Positions 1 through 15,000 of a stretch of 64,000 nucleotides of DNA are shown here, one piece after another. The translations under genes and the position numbers were made by a program. The DNA comes from Patescibacteria group bacterium (GTDB lineage Bacteria; Patescibacteriota; Patescibacteriia; UBA10025; JAHIVO01). Under the pieces are notes generated by a model. That model searched no databases. It worked only from the letters and a program-made list of their open reading frames with translations, and had not been told where the DNA came from. Where the stretch lies: contig JAQULM010000002.1 in NCBI GenBank assembly GCA_028718605.1, positions 193,776 through 257,775 of the forward strand, written 5' to 3'. Position 1 is the first letter of the stretch. Each line of letters opens with the position of its first letter.

Positions 1-3000
1 AGGTCCTGCTTGGCCGCGTTTTTATCATTGAAGGTAAGATCGCCGTCGAATATCAGCACACCGCTGGTGGCTGATCGGGTAAAGGTTGTGCCGCTCTCAA
101 GCATGAAGTTGCCGGCGACATTCAGGTTTCCTGCATCAGCCTGCTGGAATTTTCCCGTGTCATCGAGCAGGAACGCACCGTTCACGTCCATCGCGTCAGC
201 CGCCTTGACGTCGCCCGTACCGGTAACGGAAAAATTCTCAAGCCCTTCACCCGCCGATGTCAATGTCTTTTGCGGCGCGCTCCCTGTCATGATGAAAGTA
301 TTGCCCGTTCCGGGATTATAATCGCCGTCAGTAAAATCAACATTTCCGCCAACAGTCCAGGCGCTCGTGCCACTATTGATAACTTCCATACCGCTCCCGA
401 CACCGAGGAAATCGACATCGCCGCCAATCGTTACGGAGGGATTATTATCATACCCGATGAGGCCGATATTCTGGGTATTGTCAGCGCGCAGGTAGAAATT
501 CCCTCCGATAGTGTACGCGCCGGACGCGAGGGAAACGGTCGTTGACGACACGAGGTCCCGATTGTTATAAATTTCAACGTCTTTGCCGTACGTGCGCGCA
601 TCAATCGTCGTGGACTCAATCGCGCCCTCGGTGGAATCATAGAGCACGTCGGCGTCCATCGTGCCGGTCGTCCCCGGCCCGCATGACGTGCTAGTAAACC
701 GCATGGTACCGTCGCCCGTCACGGTGGCAGTACCGCTGAGAATAAAGGCCATGCCAGTATGGCTTACTGTCTGGCCGCTTCCGATTGCGAACGTATCCCC
801 GTTATTGACCTGAAGCACCCGCGATACGGTAAATCCGGTGTTCTCGGCAGTAACCGTTGCGCCCGTGCCGTCGAAAACAACGTCATACAGCGTCTTGCCG
901 CCCGCGTTGATTGTCGTACCGTCGCCACGCATGCGGAGCATGTTTGTTCCGTGATCTATCGATGCGGTTTCGTCAATGGCCAAGTCCCCATACAATTGCA
1001 CGCTCCCCAGATTATAATCAGGCGACCCGGATGCCGGCGAAAGGACAAGATTATGATAGTTCCCGCCGGTTATATTAGTGGTGTCCGTTCCCCTGAATCG
1101 GAACGTTGATTCCTCCGAAGTGTAATTTGATAAATAGAGGACATTATCTTTAATCGGTGTACCGCTACCGAGGAGGGTCCAGGTCTTGCTCACGCCGCTT
1201 GCCGCAGAGAGGTAATGGATGCTGCTGCAAGACTCGCCACAGCCACATATCTGCTGGCTAAACTCGCCCGCGATTTCAACCTCCCCCGTACCGACACCGC
1301 TCGTGGTGTAGTCGGCGCCGCTGCAGAGAGCCCCGAGCCCGAACATAAGGTTATTGAACGTCCACGTATTGCTCGAGTTGCTGAAATTACCGGTACCTCG
1401 GATTTCAACCGTACCGCCCCCCATGGTAACTGTTCCGGCACCGGCAAAATCACCGCCGATGACAGTCAAGTCTGAAGTGCCAGCGAGGGTGGTACCGGAA
1501 CCGATTGACACATCGTTGTTGATGGTCGCGGTGGAAGCAACCGTCGTCGTACCGCTCCCTGAGGTAGTGAGGTTATACAGCGTGACTGCCCCAGACCCGC
1601 CGCCCAGGTTCCCCGTGCCGGACATTGTGACGGTCGGCGTACCCGAAGTTGTATTGATGATACCGGTTGTGGTAGTGGTCAGGTCACCGCCGTTGACAGC
1701 TAGGTCGGCATTAATATTGAACGTGGAATCGGTGCCAACAGACACGTCGTTCGCGACCGTGGCCGGTGAGGTTAGAGTGGTGGTGGCGGTGGTACCGCTC
1801 CCAACGGCTACATTATAAAACGTGATGGACGGCGAAGAACCGCCTCCGATAGCCCCGGTTCCGGTCATAGTGATGATTGGTGAGCCAGTGGTATAGTCAA
1901 TGGTCGGCGAGGTGCCCGTCAGAATAATATCGCCGCCGTTAACAGTAACATCGGAGTCCATGTTCACTATCGTTGAGTCCACGGTGATATCATTGGCAGC
2001 GATGATATTGCCATAGGCATGCGTATTAATCATGTCGCCGCCGGTAAAAATAATATTGCCAAACGTACTATTGATGTCGGCAGACAGTGTCGTCCCCGTA
2101 CCATCCATCTCCAGTACGCCGCCGCTCTCCGCGGTAAATACCCCGCCGCCTCCCGGCTCACCGGTATAGAAGAACTCCACATTACCGGAAACCGTCCATT
2201 GCCCGGCGCCGGTGTTTACCGTCCCTGTCGCCGCTGCGCTCAGCGCTTCAAGATTACCGGCGATGGTTACTGTCGGATCATTCGCAGCCCCAGTCAGGGT
2301 CATGTGGTCCTCCCCAATCACGACATTGCCGGAAAAAATATAGGTACCAGCCAGCATAGTGACCGATTGGGGCGAAGCGGATGCGGCAGTATTCTCGAGC
2401 GATACGTCTCCTCCGTAGGTCCGGGCGTTCATGGACTGGTTGCCGAATTTCCCGTCAAATGCCAAGTCAGCAGTAATGGTGCCGCCGGTAGGAAAGGCGT
2501 TACTGATAGAATAGTACCGCAGGATTCCGTCGCCTGAAATCGTGCCGGTAAGCGTCAGAGAGCTGGCGCTGTTTAGGGAAAGGGTTCTGCCTGAAGCGAT
2601 TGAAAGGGTGTCGTTCGCCGCCACGGTGAGTGTGCCGGAAACGCTGAGATCAGACGCCTGGAGCGTGATGGTGCCGGTTGAAGACGGGTTGATAGTTACG
2701 TTGTTAAACGCATTACCGCCGCCGGCAATCGTATTGGCGGTGCCGGTCATGGTCACCGTGCCGCTGTTATGGGTAAACGTACCGCTATTGGCAAGGTTGC
2801 CACCGACCGAGAGCGTATCGCCGGGCGCCGTCACGGTGCCGTTGGTAATCGTGAAGTTATGGGTCACGGTTGTCGGCTTATTCGCGAAACTCCATGCCCC
2901 GCCCGTACCATCAAAAGTGACATCGTAAAAAGACGAAGAGCTATTGTCGATGGTTTCCCCGGACGTGGTCGATGTAAATGAAATATTCTCTGAACCCGCT

Positions 3001-6000
3001 GTGTACGTTCCGGACGTCCCGACACTCCACGAGCCGGAAACATACAATCCAGGTCCGCCTGAATTCGCAAGCGTGCCACCATTCTGGACCTCGAGATCGT
3101 GGGTGTATAGATAATCAGACCGCGGCGTTCCACCTCCAACCTGCTCAAGTGTCACGGTAGTATTTGGTAAAATGCTCAACTTTTCACTTTCATACGGCCC
3201 GCCGCCGTCCAAGTTAATGGTATAGCCGGCTGCGGATATACAATCGAACATTACGTCCTCGTCATAACCAGCATCGTATTTGTTAAAATCCGAGCCGTCG
3301 AGGCTTGGGGTGCCGCTGCCGCCAACGGACAAGACGTTTGCGCTCAAGGCCATGCCGGTGATGTTGCCGGATACAAACTTAGTAATGGCCGTCGATTCCG
3401 CTGCTAAGTCTACTAAATCGAGCCAAACGGTAATGGTGTCGCCGGCCGTCGGTGTGCCGATGGTGATAGTCCATTCCCCATTTGCCACCGAGCCTGTTTG
3501 GGCCTGTCTCGATGAATTAATCGCCGCGGCAACGATAGTATCATCGCTCGCGTTTGACGTCCCGCTTACGGTGACCGACGAGAAGTCCCAGCATTGGTTG
3601 TTGCTGACGTTGGCATTGGTGCCGTCGTACGCGCGGATGTGGTACGTACCGCTGCAGGCATTGGAATCCCGAACCGATACGTAGTGTATCGTCTGGGCAG
3701 TTCCGTTCATGTTCAGGTACCACGCGGTATCGGCTGTCTGGCTCTGGAGCGTCACGACCTGGCCCGAAGCGCCATTGAACGTAAGACTATTTGTTACAGT
3801 CGTTATCGAACCATTTGCGAACGTAATCGTCTTCGCGCCGCCGATACCCGAAACGGAAAGGTTGCGGAATGTATTGTCGCCCGAAATAGCAGCAGCGCCC
3901 GTTGATGTCAAGTACACAGTGCTATTATTATGCACAAACGCACCGCCGGTATTGAGGAAACTGCCCGCCACCGACAACGTGCCGCCGGACGGCGCGGTCA
4001 GAGTTCCGCCGGAAACCGTCAGTGTGCCGTTGAGCGTCGTCGTACCGGACATTGTCGTGCTCCCGGCCGACACCTCGAAATGGTGCAGCGACTGACCGGC
4101 GGTTGTCAGCGTCTTGCTTGAACCGTTCATTTTGAGCGTATTGCCGGATGTCGCCGTGAAAGTGGCGTTTGTGCCGGTGAAATCCACATTGCCGCCAAAC
4201 GTCCATGTCCCCGTACCTGTTGTAACCGTTTTGCTGTTCGTATCAGACCCGAATGACAGGTTGCTGGCAGTTACCGTGACAGTCGGGTTATTCGTGGCAC
4301 CGTCCAGGGTTATGCCGCCCGTACCGGTTGATTTGACTGTCAGGTTGCCGCTCGAAAGCGTATGGGTGCCGGAATCGAGGACGTATGAAAGGCTTGATGT
4401 CGTTCCGGTATTTTCGAATTCCAGATCAGCACCCCATGTACGTGGGTTGATAGTCACGTTCCCGCCTAAATCCTTGGCGTCATACTGGAAATCACAGTTA
4501 ATGGTAGTCCCGGTGACATCAGTATTATCCCGGTATATAACGTTGCCGTCGCCCGTTAGCGTCCCGCCGATGCTGATGCCAGGAGATGCATTATCGCTGT
4601 ATAGAACAGTGACCGTATGCCCCGTATCGATCGAGACTGTATCCGTTGCGCCGATATTCAGCTTGGAGGCGAGCGTCAGGTTTGAAACAAGGTTCAGTGT
4701 CTCGGCGCCGGAACTGATATTCGTCCCGATTGTGTTCAGCGTCTGGCCCCCAGCATCAAGGGTACTCGTCACACCGTCCGACCCGACAGCGATAACTGAT
4801 GTTCCATAGTCCACCGTGAGCATTGCCGGGGGGGCAATCGTCAGGTCGTGCGATACGTAGAACGACTCAAAAGTGTACGTCGTTTCAGATACCGGGTCTA
4901 TTTCAAGATCATAATACGAAAACGCGCCAGCGTTCACCGTCATACCACTCCCGACGTACCTGAACAGTGAGGTGCCCCCAGTCATCGTGAGAGATACCAG
5001 TGGCGATCCCGAATATGACAGTTCCCATGTCTTCGCGCCCGGATTGAGGATATGATGAAAACTACACTCATCCCCGCAGCTGCACGAACCGCCGGTAATT
5101 TGGCCTGCGATCTTCATCTTGCTCGCGCCGGACGCGGTCGATGTTGTCTTGTTTGCCGTGCAGGGCGATGGCGCGGTCAAGGAAATATTATTCAGGTTCC
5201 AGTCTGTTGCTGGTGACGCGCCGGTGCCGCCGACCGTGCCGGAAGCATTTCCGAGTGTTACGGTGCCGCCGGTCAGATTCACAATCCCAGCGCCGGTAAA
5301 GTCGCCGCCCTGGATGTCGATGCTGCTCGTACCGGACAGCGTCCCAGCTGCTACCGTGAGGTCACCGACAAGCGTCGCCCCATCCGTAAAGCTCCACCCG
5401 CCGTTCGCATTATTGAAAACAATATTATTCCAGTTGCTCATGTTCGAAATCGTCTTGCCGGTCGTGTTCGCGTCAAACGTCACCGTCCCGCTCGAATGGG
5501 TGAAAAAGTCGCCCGTCCAGTTGCCGCCGACGGTGAATGTCGCGTAACTGCCCGGCGCAACGAACGATGTGCCGCTAATAATAGTCACGTCGTTATTTAC
5601 GTCCAAATCCATCAGGAACGCAGCTCCGGTTACAGTGCATCCGAAGTGGTCGCCATCGCCGATGGTTAAATTATTGTTTATGGTTATTTCTCCCGTCTGG
5701 TCATTGCTCAAAGTATGCGACGCTCCATTCACGCTGGGCTTTACCTCAAGATTGTAGTACGTCGCGTCAGGCACGAACGTACTATTGCCGCCGGTGAAAC
5801 TAAACGTGGAGGTCGATGGTGTCACACTGCCCCCGATGACCAAAGGCGAACCGTTGTGCGTTAATGCCCACGTCTTTGCCCCGGCATCCAATGTATTGCC
5901 TGCCGATACCGTCAGCGTGCCGCCAACGGTGTTGGTGCCAGTACCCTGGGCTGTAACAGTATACGTGCTCCCCGAGAATGTGAGGTTATTGAATGACCAG

Positions 6001-9000
6001 GTTGACTCCAGACCGTCAGAACCGAAATTCCGTGCTGCCGCAACCGACTGGGTAAAGGTGCCGCCGGTAAATACCAGTGAACCGCACGTTCCGAAGCACT
6101 GGACGTCCCCATTCACCGTGACATCCTGCGAACCCCAGACCAATCCCGCCGCATGCGTTAGGTCGTTCAAGACCGACATCGCGGCAGTGTTATTCCAGCT
6201 TCCAGCAGCATTATTAAAAAATACATCATAAAACGGCTGGCCGCCTGGTGCGATCGTCTCCGTGGTAGCTGAGAGGAACTGAACCTGGGAAATGTCCTGA
6301 TTAAAGGTGCCGGTAGTGGTCCATGAACCACCGATTTTGAATGTCGGACCCTTGCCGTCATTCGTGATCGTAATCGTCCCCTCATTCAGCAAGTCGTGCG
6401 TCTCGAGGGAGTCAAAAGTGCCATTTTCCTCACCCCATGTGCTCGTCATCGTAAAGGTGGTTCCTGAAAGCACTCGGAACCGCTCATCGTCGTAGTCATC
6501 AGAATAATCTATCGGCCACAGCAGTTCATTCCATCCAGGCCCATACTGATTACTTTGGTCAATCGGATAGCCATGCACAATATCCTCGTCGTAATACCGA
6601 TTATATGCTTGCGTTAAGTTTGTTTTTGAAATCGTCGCGCTTTCGCTCGTGCTTCCCAGCGTCAGTGAATGGGGGGTGAGTACCATGCCGGTGATATCGC
6701 CTGAACCGTCATACTTCGTAATCGCCGTCGCTTCACTCGCCTCCCCGACGCCATCGACCCAGACAGAGATAATGGCATCCGCCGACTGGGCTCCGATCAT
6801 GATGCTGAATGGGTAGGTCCCTTCGCACGTGATCTGGTCAGTCTGGGGAAGGCGATCATCGCCAACCGCGATAGCGACCGTCTGGTCGCACAGTGTCGAA
6901 TCGGTAATTCCTGACACAGTTATAAACGTGAAGTCCCAGCAATGGTTATTGCTCACGTTCGAATTGGTCCCATCGTACGCCTGGATATTGTACGTGCCGG
7001 AACACGCGTCCGAATCGCGGACTGAAACATAATTGATTGTCTGTGAGGTACCATTCATCTTGAGGTTCCAGTGCACATCGTTGGTTTGGCTCTTGAGCGT
7101 GACCACCTGCCCTGAATCACCGTCAAATATCAGCGTATGGGTAACGGTCGTGGTTGAACCGTCCGCAAAGGTCACGGTCTTCGCCGCGCCTGGCTGGATG
7201 GTGAAATCGTAGAACGTATTGTTGCCTGACACTGACGCCGCAGCAGCCGTGGTAAGCGACACACTGCTGTTATTGTGGGTAAAGGTGCCGCCGGTGTTCA
7301 GGAAGCTGCCAGCGACAGACAGGGCGCCCCCGGACGGCGCGGTGAGAATACCGCCGGAGATGGTAAGCGTACCGGTGAGGGCTGCAGCGCCGACCATGGT
7401 CGTGCTGCCGGAAGCAACCTCAAAGCTATTCATAGAATTGCCCCCGGAGGTTAATGTCTTGCTGGTACCGGTCATCTTGAGGAGATTGGACGCATAGAAT
7501 CCTCCAGTGCCGAAATTGACGCTGCCAGCGACCGTATAGGTTCCGGTGCCGGTCGAAATTTCCGCGCTGCCGGTGCTGTTTTCCATCAAGTAGAAACCGC
7601 CGGTAATGTCCAGCGCGGGATTGTATGTGTCGCCATTAACCGACGCGGCAAACCCGTTATCCGAAATTATATAGAATGAACCGCCGACCGTAATCGTTCC
7701 GGCCACAGTACCCAGGTAGAATGTCCTGGTGCTATCGGTGGCATTGGTGTACAGCTCCAGATCCCCACCGTACGCACGCGTTATCACGTCCGGGTTCACG
7801 CCAGCGGTTGTCGCATCGTACCGCATGACACAACTGATTGTCCCGGTCGCGGGAAACGTATTGCCCGACTGGTACGTCAGCCGGCCAGCCCCGGAGATCG
7901 TGCCGCTCAAGGTTACAGATCCTGTCGAGGTGACAGTCACCGTCCTGCTTGTTTCGATGGCCAGTTCCTTGGATGAATACACGGTGAGTGTATTAGTAAC
8001 GCTGAAGTCGGTGCCAGTCACGGTCGAGAGGGTGCCATTCGCGCCGAAATTATAGAACGCAGTCCCTCCGGCAGTAATGGTTCCGCTGGCGCCGCTCATG
8101 CGTACCGTATTGTTCGCGGTGGCCGTATAGGTACACGCAGTCAAATCGATGTTACCGCCTATGGTCCACGTGCCGGTACCTGAATTGATGGTGTTGGTCG
8201 CACCGGCTGTGCACGACAAATTACCACCAATGGTAGATGACGGATTGTTCGTCGTGCCATTGACTGTGACTGCGTTAACGCCGTCGCCAATGAGCAAATT
8301 ATTAGTAATTATTAAGGTTGATGGCAGCGTATACGCTGGATTGCCGGCGCCGGACGGCTGGAGGTACAGGCGATAAAACGAAAGGGAACCGTACGTCGTA
8401 CTCGCAATGTTGGTTGCTCCCGTACCTGTATACCGTACCGTTGAGGTCTGCGGGGAAAACATGCCTGAGGTTGACACCAGCGGTGTGCCACTATCGGTAA
8501 AATTCCATTGCTTCGCGCCCGCGTACAGGAGGTGGCGGCAATCGTTCCTCCCCTCCATGATCATACACGTCGCGGCATATCCCTGGATCGTCATGACATT
8601 ATCGACCGTCATGCTTCCACTCCCAATCGCCGTCGTAATATCGCCCGCATTGCTGCCCGTTTGCTGGAACACCAGGTTGTAAAATGTCCAGTCTGAATCG
8701 CCGCCGATCTGCCCATCATCATAGTTGCCGACAAAGCCGATGGTGACCGTAGGGGTGCCTGTTGAGTAGGTAATCGTGCCGTCGCCGGTGATGCTGCCGC
8801 CGTTCACCGTCACACTCTGATCTGCATAGAGGAACGTCCCACTCCCGACGGTCAAATTTCCGGAGAGCGTCGCTGCGTTGGTCGCGACAGTCACGCTTGC
8901 CGAACCGGACGTCGTCAGGTTATAAATTGTTTGACCGCCCGAAGTATAGTTCTTACTCGCGCCCGTCATCGTAAACGTATGCCCAGAGGTTGCGGTGAAC

Positions 9001-12000
9001 GTGTCGCAGTTCGTCAGATCCAAATGACCACCGATTGTCCAGGTGCCAGTGCCCGTCTCCACAGTCGTTGATGCGCCGGCAGTACAGCTGAAATCAGTTC
9101 CGACGGCAATGTTTGTGTTTTGCGCCGTACCAGTCATTGTGACACTGTTCGTCCCGTTCCCTACGAGCAGGCTGCCATTGACCCGCAAGGGATTGCCGGA
9201 AGACGCATATGGCAGGGTGAAGGTAGCGGTATCAGTCGGCTGAAGCCGCAGGTCATAGTAGTAATTCGTCGTCGCATTAGTGGCACTCGCAATATTGAGC
9301 GATGTGCTGCCTGCATAGATAAATACTGACGTCGATCCGACGATCCGGCCTTGGTTCACAAATGGCGCCGATGAAGCCGCGACGTTTGCGAGCGTCCAGG
9401 TCTTCGTCCCCAAGTTGAGCGTATGGTACACGTCGCATGCATCGTCAAAATTGGTATCGGCGCAGGAGGTGGTCAAAACCCCGTTGATTGTCATGATACC
9501 GCCTCCGGCCGCTGTCGTTGTCAGGTTCGAAGAAGAAATCGAAAGGGTGAGATTATAGAACGTCCACCCGGTATCGCCACCCAGGCTACCGGTGCCTGAT
9601 AGCGTGAATGTCGGCGTGCCCGAGGAATAGGTCAGGATGCCATCGCCCGTGGCGCTGCCTGTTACGGTAACTCCGGCGTTCGCATTAAGCGTCGTGCCGC
9701 TTCCGACAGTCAGCGTGCCGATCATAACAGCGGACTGGACAGTCACGGTGCCAGTTCCCGTCGTCGTCAGTGATGTTACCGTCAAGCTGGCGCCATAGAA
9801 ATTGACCGACGCGCCGTTCATGACAAACACGCCGGTTGAGTTGCTGGATCCCAACGAAAAATCAATGCTGCCGGTTACGGTCCACGTGCCAGCACCTGGC
9901 GCGAGATATTCCGTGCCTGATCCCGCCCCGAGGTAATCGATGCTGCCCGTAATATTCACCGTCGGATCGTACGTATTCGCAAGTACCTGCATCCCACCGT
10001 TATTTGCCGCGGTGATATTGAAATCACCGATAAAGGTAAATGTCTGGCTAAAATCCGTGCCGAGCTGGATCTGCTTGAGGCTGGTATCGTAGCTATAGAA
10101 ATCGACATTGCCGCCAAACGTCCGGCCGCCGATTTGGTACCCGCTCGGCTGGTCCGTGATATCGAACCGGACCGGGCAGGAAATCGTGCCATTGGTCGGG
10201 AATGCCGGCTGCCCGCTGACGATAAACGTGCCGGAGCCGGACAGCGTACCGCCGAAGGAGAATGACGACCCGCTCATCGTCAGGGACGTACCGCTGCCGA
10301 TCGAAATCGCATTCGTCGCAGACACTATCAAAATATTAGACACGGTAATGTCCCCTGTGGTTGTGACTGTTTCGCCTGTCGCAACAGTCAAGCTGGCCAG
10401 CGTCCATGGCGTCGTACCGCCGAGGTTACCGGTCTCGTTCATGGTGACGACGCCCGTCGTGGTAAGATTGACCGTCCCGTTGCCGGTGAATCCGCCGCCG
10501 TTGATCGTGAGATTGCCGCCGCCGGAAACCGTACCAGCAGTTACCGTTACCGCGCCATCAACGCTGACGGTATTAGACTGGTCCCAGCTCCATCCGCCGC
10601 CGGAACCGTTGAACGTAAGATTATAAAATGAAATATCTCCGGTTAACGTACACCCTACACCGGTTGCGGTGAATGTCGCTGTCGGGGTGCCGCTGTAGCT
10701 CAAGGTTCCCTCGCCGGCAACAAGGTCCCCGCCGGCTGACAGCGCATTCGCAGCCATGTTCAATGTTGCAGAAGCGCCAATGTATATGTCACCGTCGGCG
10801 CCGGAGCAATCTGACGCTGGGGACGTCGTGATCGTGCCGCCAGGCGTCAAGGTATCTCCCCCCCAAATATACAGTTTGGCCCCGTCATTCACCACCAGAT
10901 TGTTGGAATTGGACGTAAATGGGATATCCGTATCATCGTCATAGTCATACTGGCCGAGGTTTGCGTTCGATGTCGGTCCTGCGTCCTCATGCCGCACGAT
11001 GACGCGATTCTGATACAAATTGATGCCGGTGAGATTTGATCCGCTGCTTCGGGTTACAGTTACTGCATCCGGGGTCTCGCCATCCAAGAACACGGTAACC
11101 ACAGCGCCCGCAGCAGCAGTCACGCTGGAAATGCTGTAGGTGCCACCGCTGGACGTACACGTATTTGAATACGACCCCAAACCATTAACCTTCAGGGTAA
11201 CCGTGAGGTTATCCGTTGAACAGTTGTATGTTGTCGAACCCTCGTTTGTATAAATAGTGCCGGAAATGGTCAGGACGGCTGAAAATGTCCAGTTGGTATT
11301 ATTGGTCGAATCGACGTTTGAACTGTCCGTTGCATCAATCGTGCTTCCGATCGCATTCGAATCCTTGACATCGACGTCGTACACCACGGGGCTGCCCGAG
11401 ACATTAAACCGCCACTGGGTTCCGGCCGTATTGCTGCGCAAGTATATTTTATTCGAATCCGATGAATTGAGGTTTAATGTCGATGTCACTGCAAAAGAGT
11501 ACGTCGGCCCGACCGGGAACCGCAGTTTGGCATTGCCAGTTGTCACATTCAGCGTCCCAACTGAGTAATTGTACCCGCTTGCAAAAATTACCGAGGGGTC
11601 GGTCTGGGCATCAGTGCCCGAGGAATTAGTAATGGTCAGGGTGCTGAAGGTAATCGTCCCCGTAACCGTTTGCTGGCTCGCGCCGCCCAGGAGGACAGTA
11701 CCGCTGCCGTGCGTGAACGTGCCGGAATTGGTAAAGTTGCCGTTTACCGTGAGGGTATCGGATGGCGGCGCTGTTACCGCACCGAGCGTAATATTCAGCG
11801 CTCCATTTAACTGGGCTCCCTCTGTAAACGCCCATGCGCCGCCAGAACCGGCAAACGTAACATTATAGAAGGACCCGCTTGGGGTTATCGTCTTACCGGT
11901 CGTTGTGGCGTCAAACGTAACAGTTGAACCGGTGGGAGCAGACGCCATGCCGCCAGTAAAGCTCCAACTCCCTCCGACGGTAAAAGTGGCAGAGTTCGAA

Positions 12001-15000
12001 AGCGTAAACTGACAAAACCCCGAGAGCGTCACATCACCGTTCACGTCTAGATTCCGGTCATTCGTATTGTCGGTAACCACCAAGGCATCTGACATCACGT
12101 GGTCGTTCGTGATCGTATACGCGTTACTCACAATAATTTTACCGGTGCCGCCCGCTGAATAGGTAACCGTCGGCGTGCTCGATACGGGATTGGTATGGGT
12201 AAGATTATAGAACGTCCAGTCGTTCGATCCTGACGTCGAGCCAAAACCGACGCTCGTACTCACATTATGCGTGAAGGTGCCCGCGGAAAGCGTCACGATA
12301 CCGCTGCCGGTCCACCCGCCATTCGCGGTGATGCTGCCAGAACCGGATAGCGTGCCGTTGATCGCGGCAGCACCCACGACCGTCATGGTCGTGCCTGACG
12401 GCGGGGTCAGTGTTGTTGTGGCGCCGACAGTCAATGTGCTGCTGAAAGCGACCGTCGGATCCGTCGTGTCGTCCAAATCAATCGTTAGCCCGCCGCATGA
12501 GGAGCAGGTCGTGGAAACCGCGCCGCTGAACGTGTACGTTCCCGAAGCCGCTGACGTTACCGTGCGAGCAGTTCCGCTACCGCTATAGAAATTAACTGTG
12601 CCGCCGTACGTGCGCGCATCGAATACAGCCGCAGGAATGCTGCCGGCAGAAGCGTCAAACCGGACTGGAACGGTAATTGTCGCGGCCGTGCCAGGCCCGC
12701 CTGTCGTCGTGCTATTGAATATCAGCGTTCCGGTACCTGATATTGTCCCCGTGCCGGCAATATCCGTCGTGCCAGAGTGCGTCAATCCGACGACTGAGAG
12801 GGACAACGTGTCCCCGCTCGCGACAGTCAATGTCCCGGCCACAGCGAGGGCGGAAGTCTGGAGGGTTATCGTGCTCGACGACGAGGGATCAATCTCGAGG
12901 TTGGCGAGTGTCTGGCTGCCGCCGGTAATCGTTCTTGACGTGCCGGTCATCTTCACCGTCGAACCTGTCGCAGTAACCGTATCGCTTAAAACAAGATCGC
13001 CATTCATAGTGACTGTTCCGCCGCTTGCGATCGTGACGTCCGCGCCAGAGAGCGTCACGTGGTAGTACGTATCATCCGAGGTGCTCTTAAGCGTACCAGT
13101 ACCGTTCATGATGAGCGTTCCGTTGGTTTCCGCTGTAAAGACGCCGTTAGCCGGAGTTTCCCCGCCAACGCCAAAATGCGCGGAACCGCTCACAGTCCAC
13201 GTGCTTGCTCCCGCATTGAGGGTAGTGTGCCCGTTTGTTCCAGCTATCGTAAGGTCTCCACTGACAGCAACCGACGGATCATTCGTGGCAGCGGTAAGCG
13301 TCAGCGTAGTTGTCGGATCATCAATCATCTTCAGGTCGCCTATAACCGTAAAAGACCCCGCAAGCATCGTGACAATGCGGGCTCCTCCCAGCAGCTCTGT
13401 GCCAAGTGTGCCCACGATTACGTCCCCGGTAAACGTCCGTGCGGTAATGCTCTGGTTGTTGTTCTTGGGATTGATGTACGTTATCGCGATACTCATCGTG
13501 CCGGTGCCCGGAAACGCGGTGGATCCGTAATACACGAGTATGCCATCCCCCGTAATTGTGCCCCCTAATGATATTGAAGTGGTGACTTTAATGGTCTTGG
13601 ATACATTGACGGAAAATACTGAGCTGGCGTCAACGGTCAGCGTGCCGCTGATAGTCATGCTGTGAGTGGCGGTCGTGGTCGGACCTGAAATCCGCAAACT
13701 GCTCAAGGTATTTGATGCGTCAACGCCGAGATTGCCGGATGCTCCCAACGTAACAGTCCCCGCAGTAAAATAGATCGTCCCGGTTCCCGTAATATCGCCG
13801 CCATTCACTGTCAGGTCCCCGGTACCGCCCAGTGTCGCGCTATCTGCGATTGTGATATCGAGTGCCACAGTCGTTGTCGCACCGACAGAAAACGAGGAGC
13901 CCGCATCGATCGTGACGCCGCCGGCTATCACGCTGGTCGCTGTATCAGTATACATCGCACCCGCATCGTCAACGTGCACGTTGCCGCTCGTCCCCTGTGT
14001 TGTCACGGTACCGCCCGGATCGAGAGAATCGCTCCCATTGATATGCAGCTCGATGCCAGAAGAAACAGTGAGGTTTGGCGAGGTGCCGCTGTACAGGATA
14101 TCAGTATCGGACACTACGCCCTTTGCCGTGAAGATGTTCGCATTGGTAATCGTGCCCGTGTTGTCAGCGCGAACCGCGAGCCGGTCCTGGTACAGCGCGA
14201 TGCCGCTCGTCGCCGCACCAGTGCTCGCCACGACCGTTGTGGCCTTTTCAGTTTCGCCGTCTAGGTACACGAGCACATTACTGCCGGACTGTACCATCAC
14301 GTTGTTAATCGTCCAGTCGCCTGATGACGTTTCCGCGGTGCACGCGCCGCCGCCGCACGCAGTCGTGGAACCGTCAACAACAAGCACGACGGTTTTTGCT
14401 GCTGAAGTAATCTTGGTATTCTCATCAGTCTGATACACTGACCCCGACATGGTAACAGCGAAATACCAGTCAAGGTTATGCCCTGAGTTTACGCTATTTG
14501 AGGCATAGACTGGCGCCCATACGGAGGCATCAGAATCTCTGACGTCTACATAGCTCACGCTGATTGTTGAATAGAAGTATGTCGGATAATATGTGCCATC
14601 GGATGTGCTTCGCAAATAAATGAGATTTCCGGATGCACCGGTGAGCGTCAGCGCCCCATTGACATACCAGCCGCCCGAATCGAAATTCAGGTGCGTGCCC
14701 CCTTGGGTGGCGGTAAATGCCCCAGTGAGCTCAAAGAATCCGTTGAAGGTGACGCCCGTTGCGTTCGTATTTGTCACTTCCACCGCGCCGAAGTTACTCA
14801 TGCCATCCAGGCTCCCCGAAAAACTCTGCGCTCCCGTTCCCGCGATTGTCATCTGGCCGCCATTATCAGCAAACGTACCGCCATTCGTATAATCACCAAG
14901 TACCCGGAACGCGGTATCCGAAACAGTGCTTGGCGCAGACAGTACTCCCGCCTCATTAATGGTTATTGCTCCGGTAATCGTCGTTGTGGGATCATTTGTA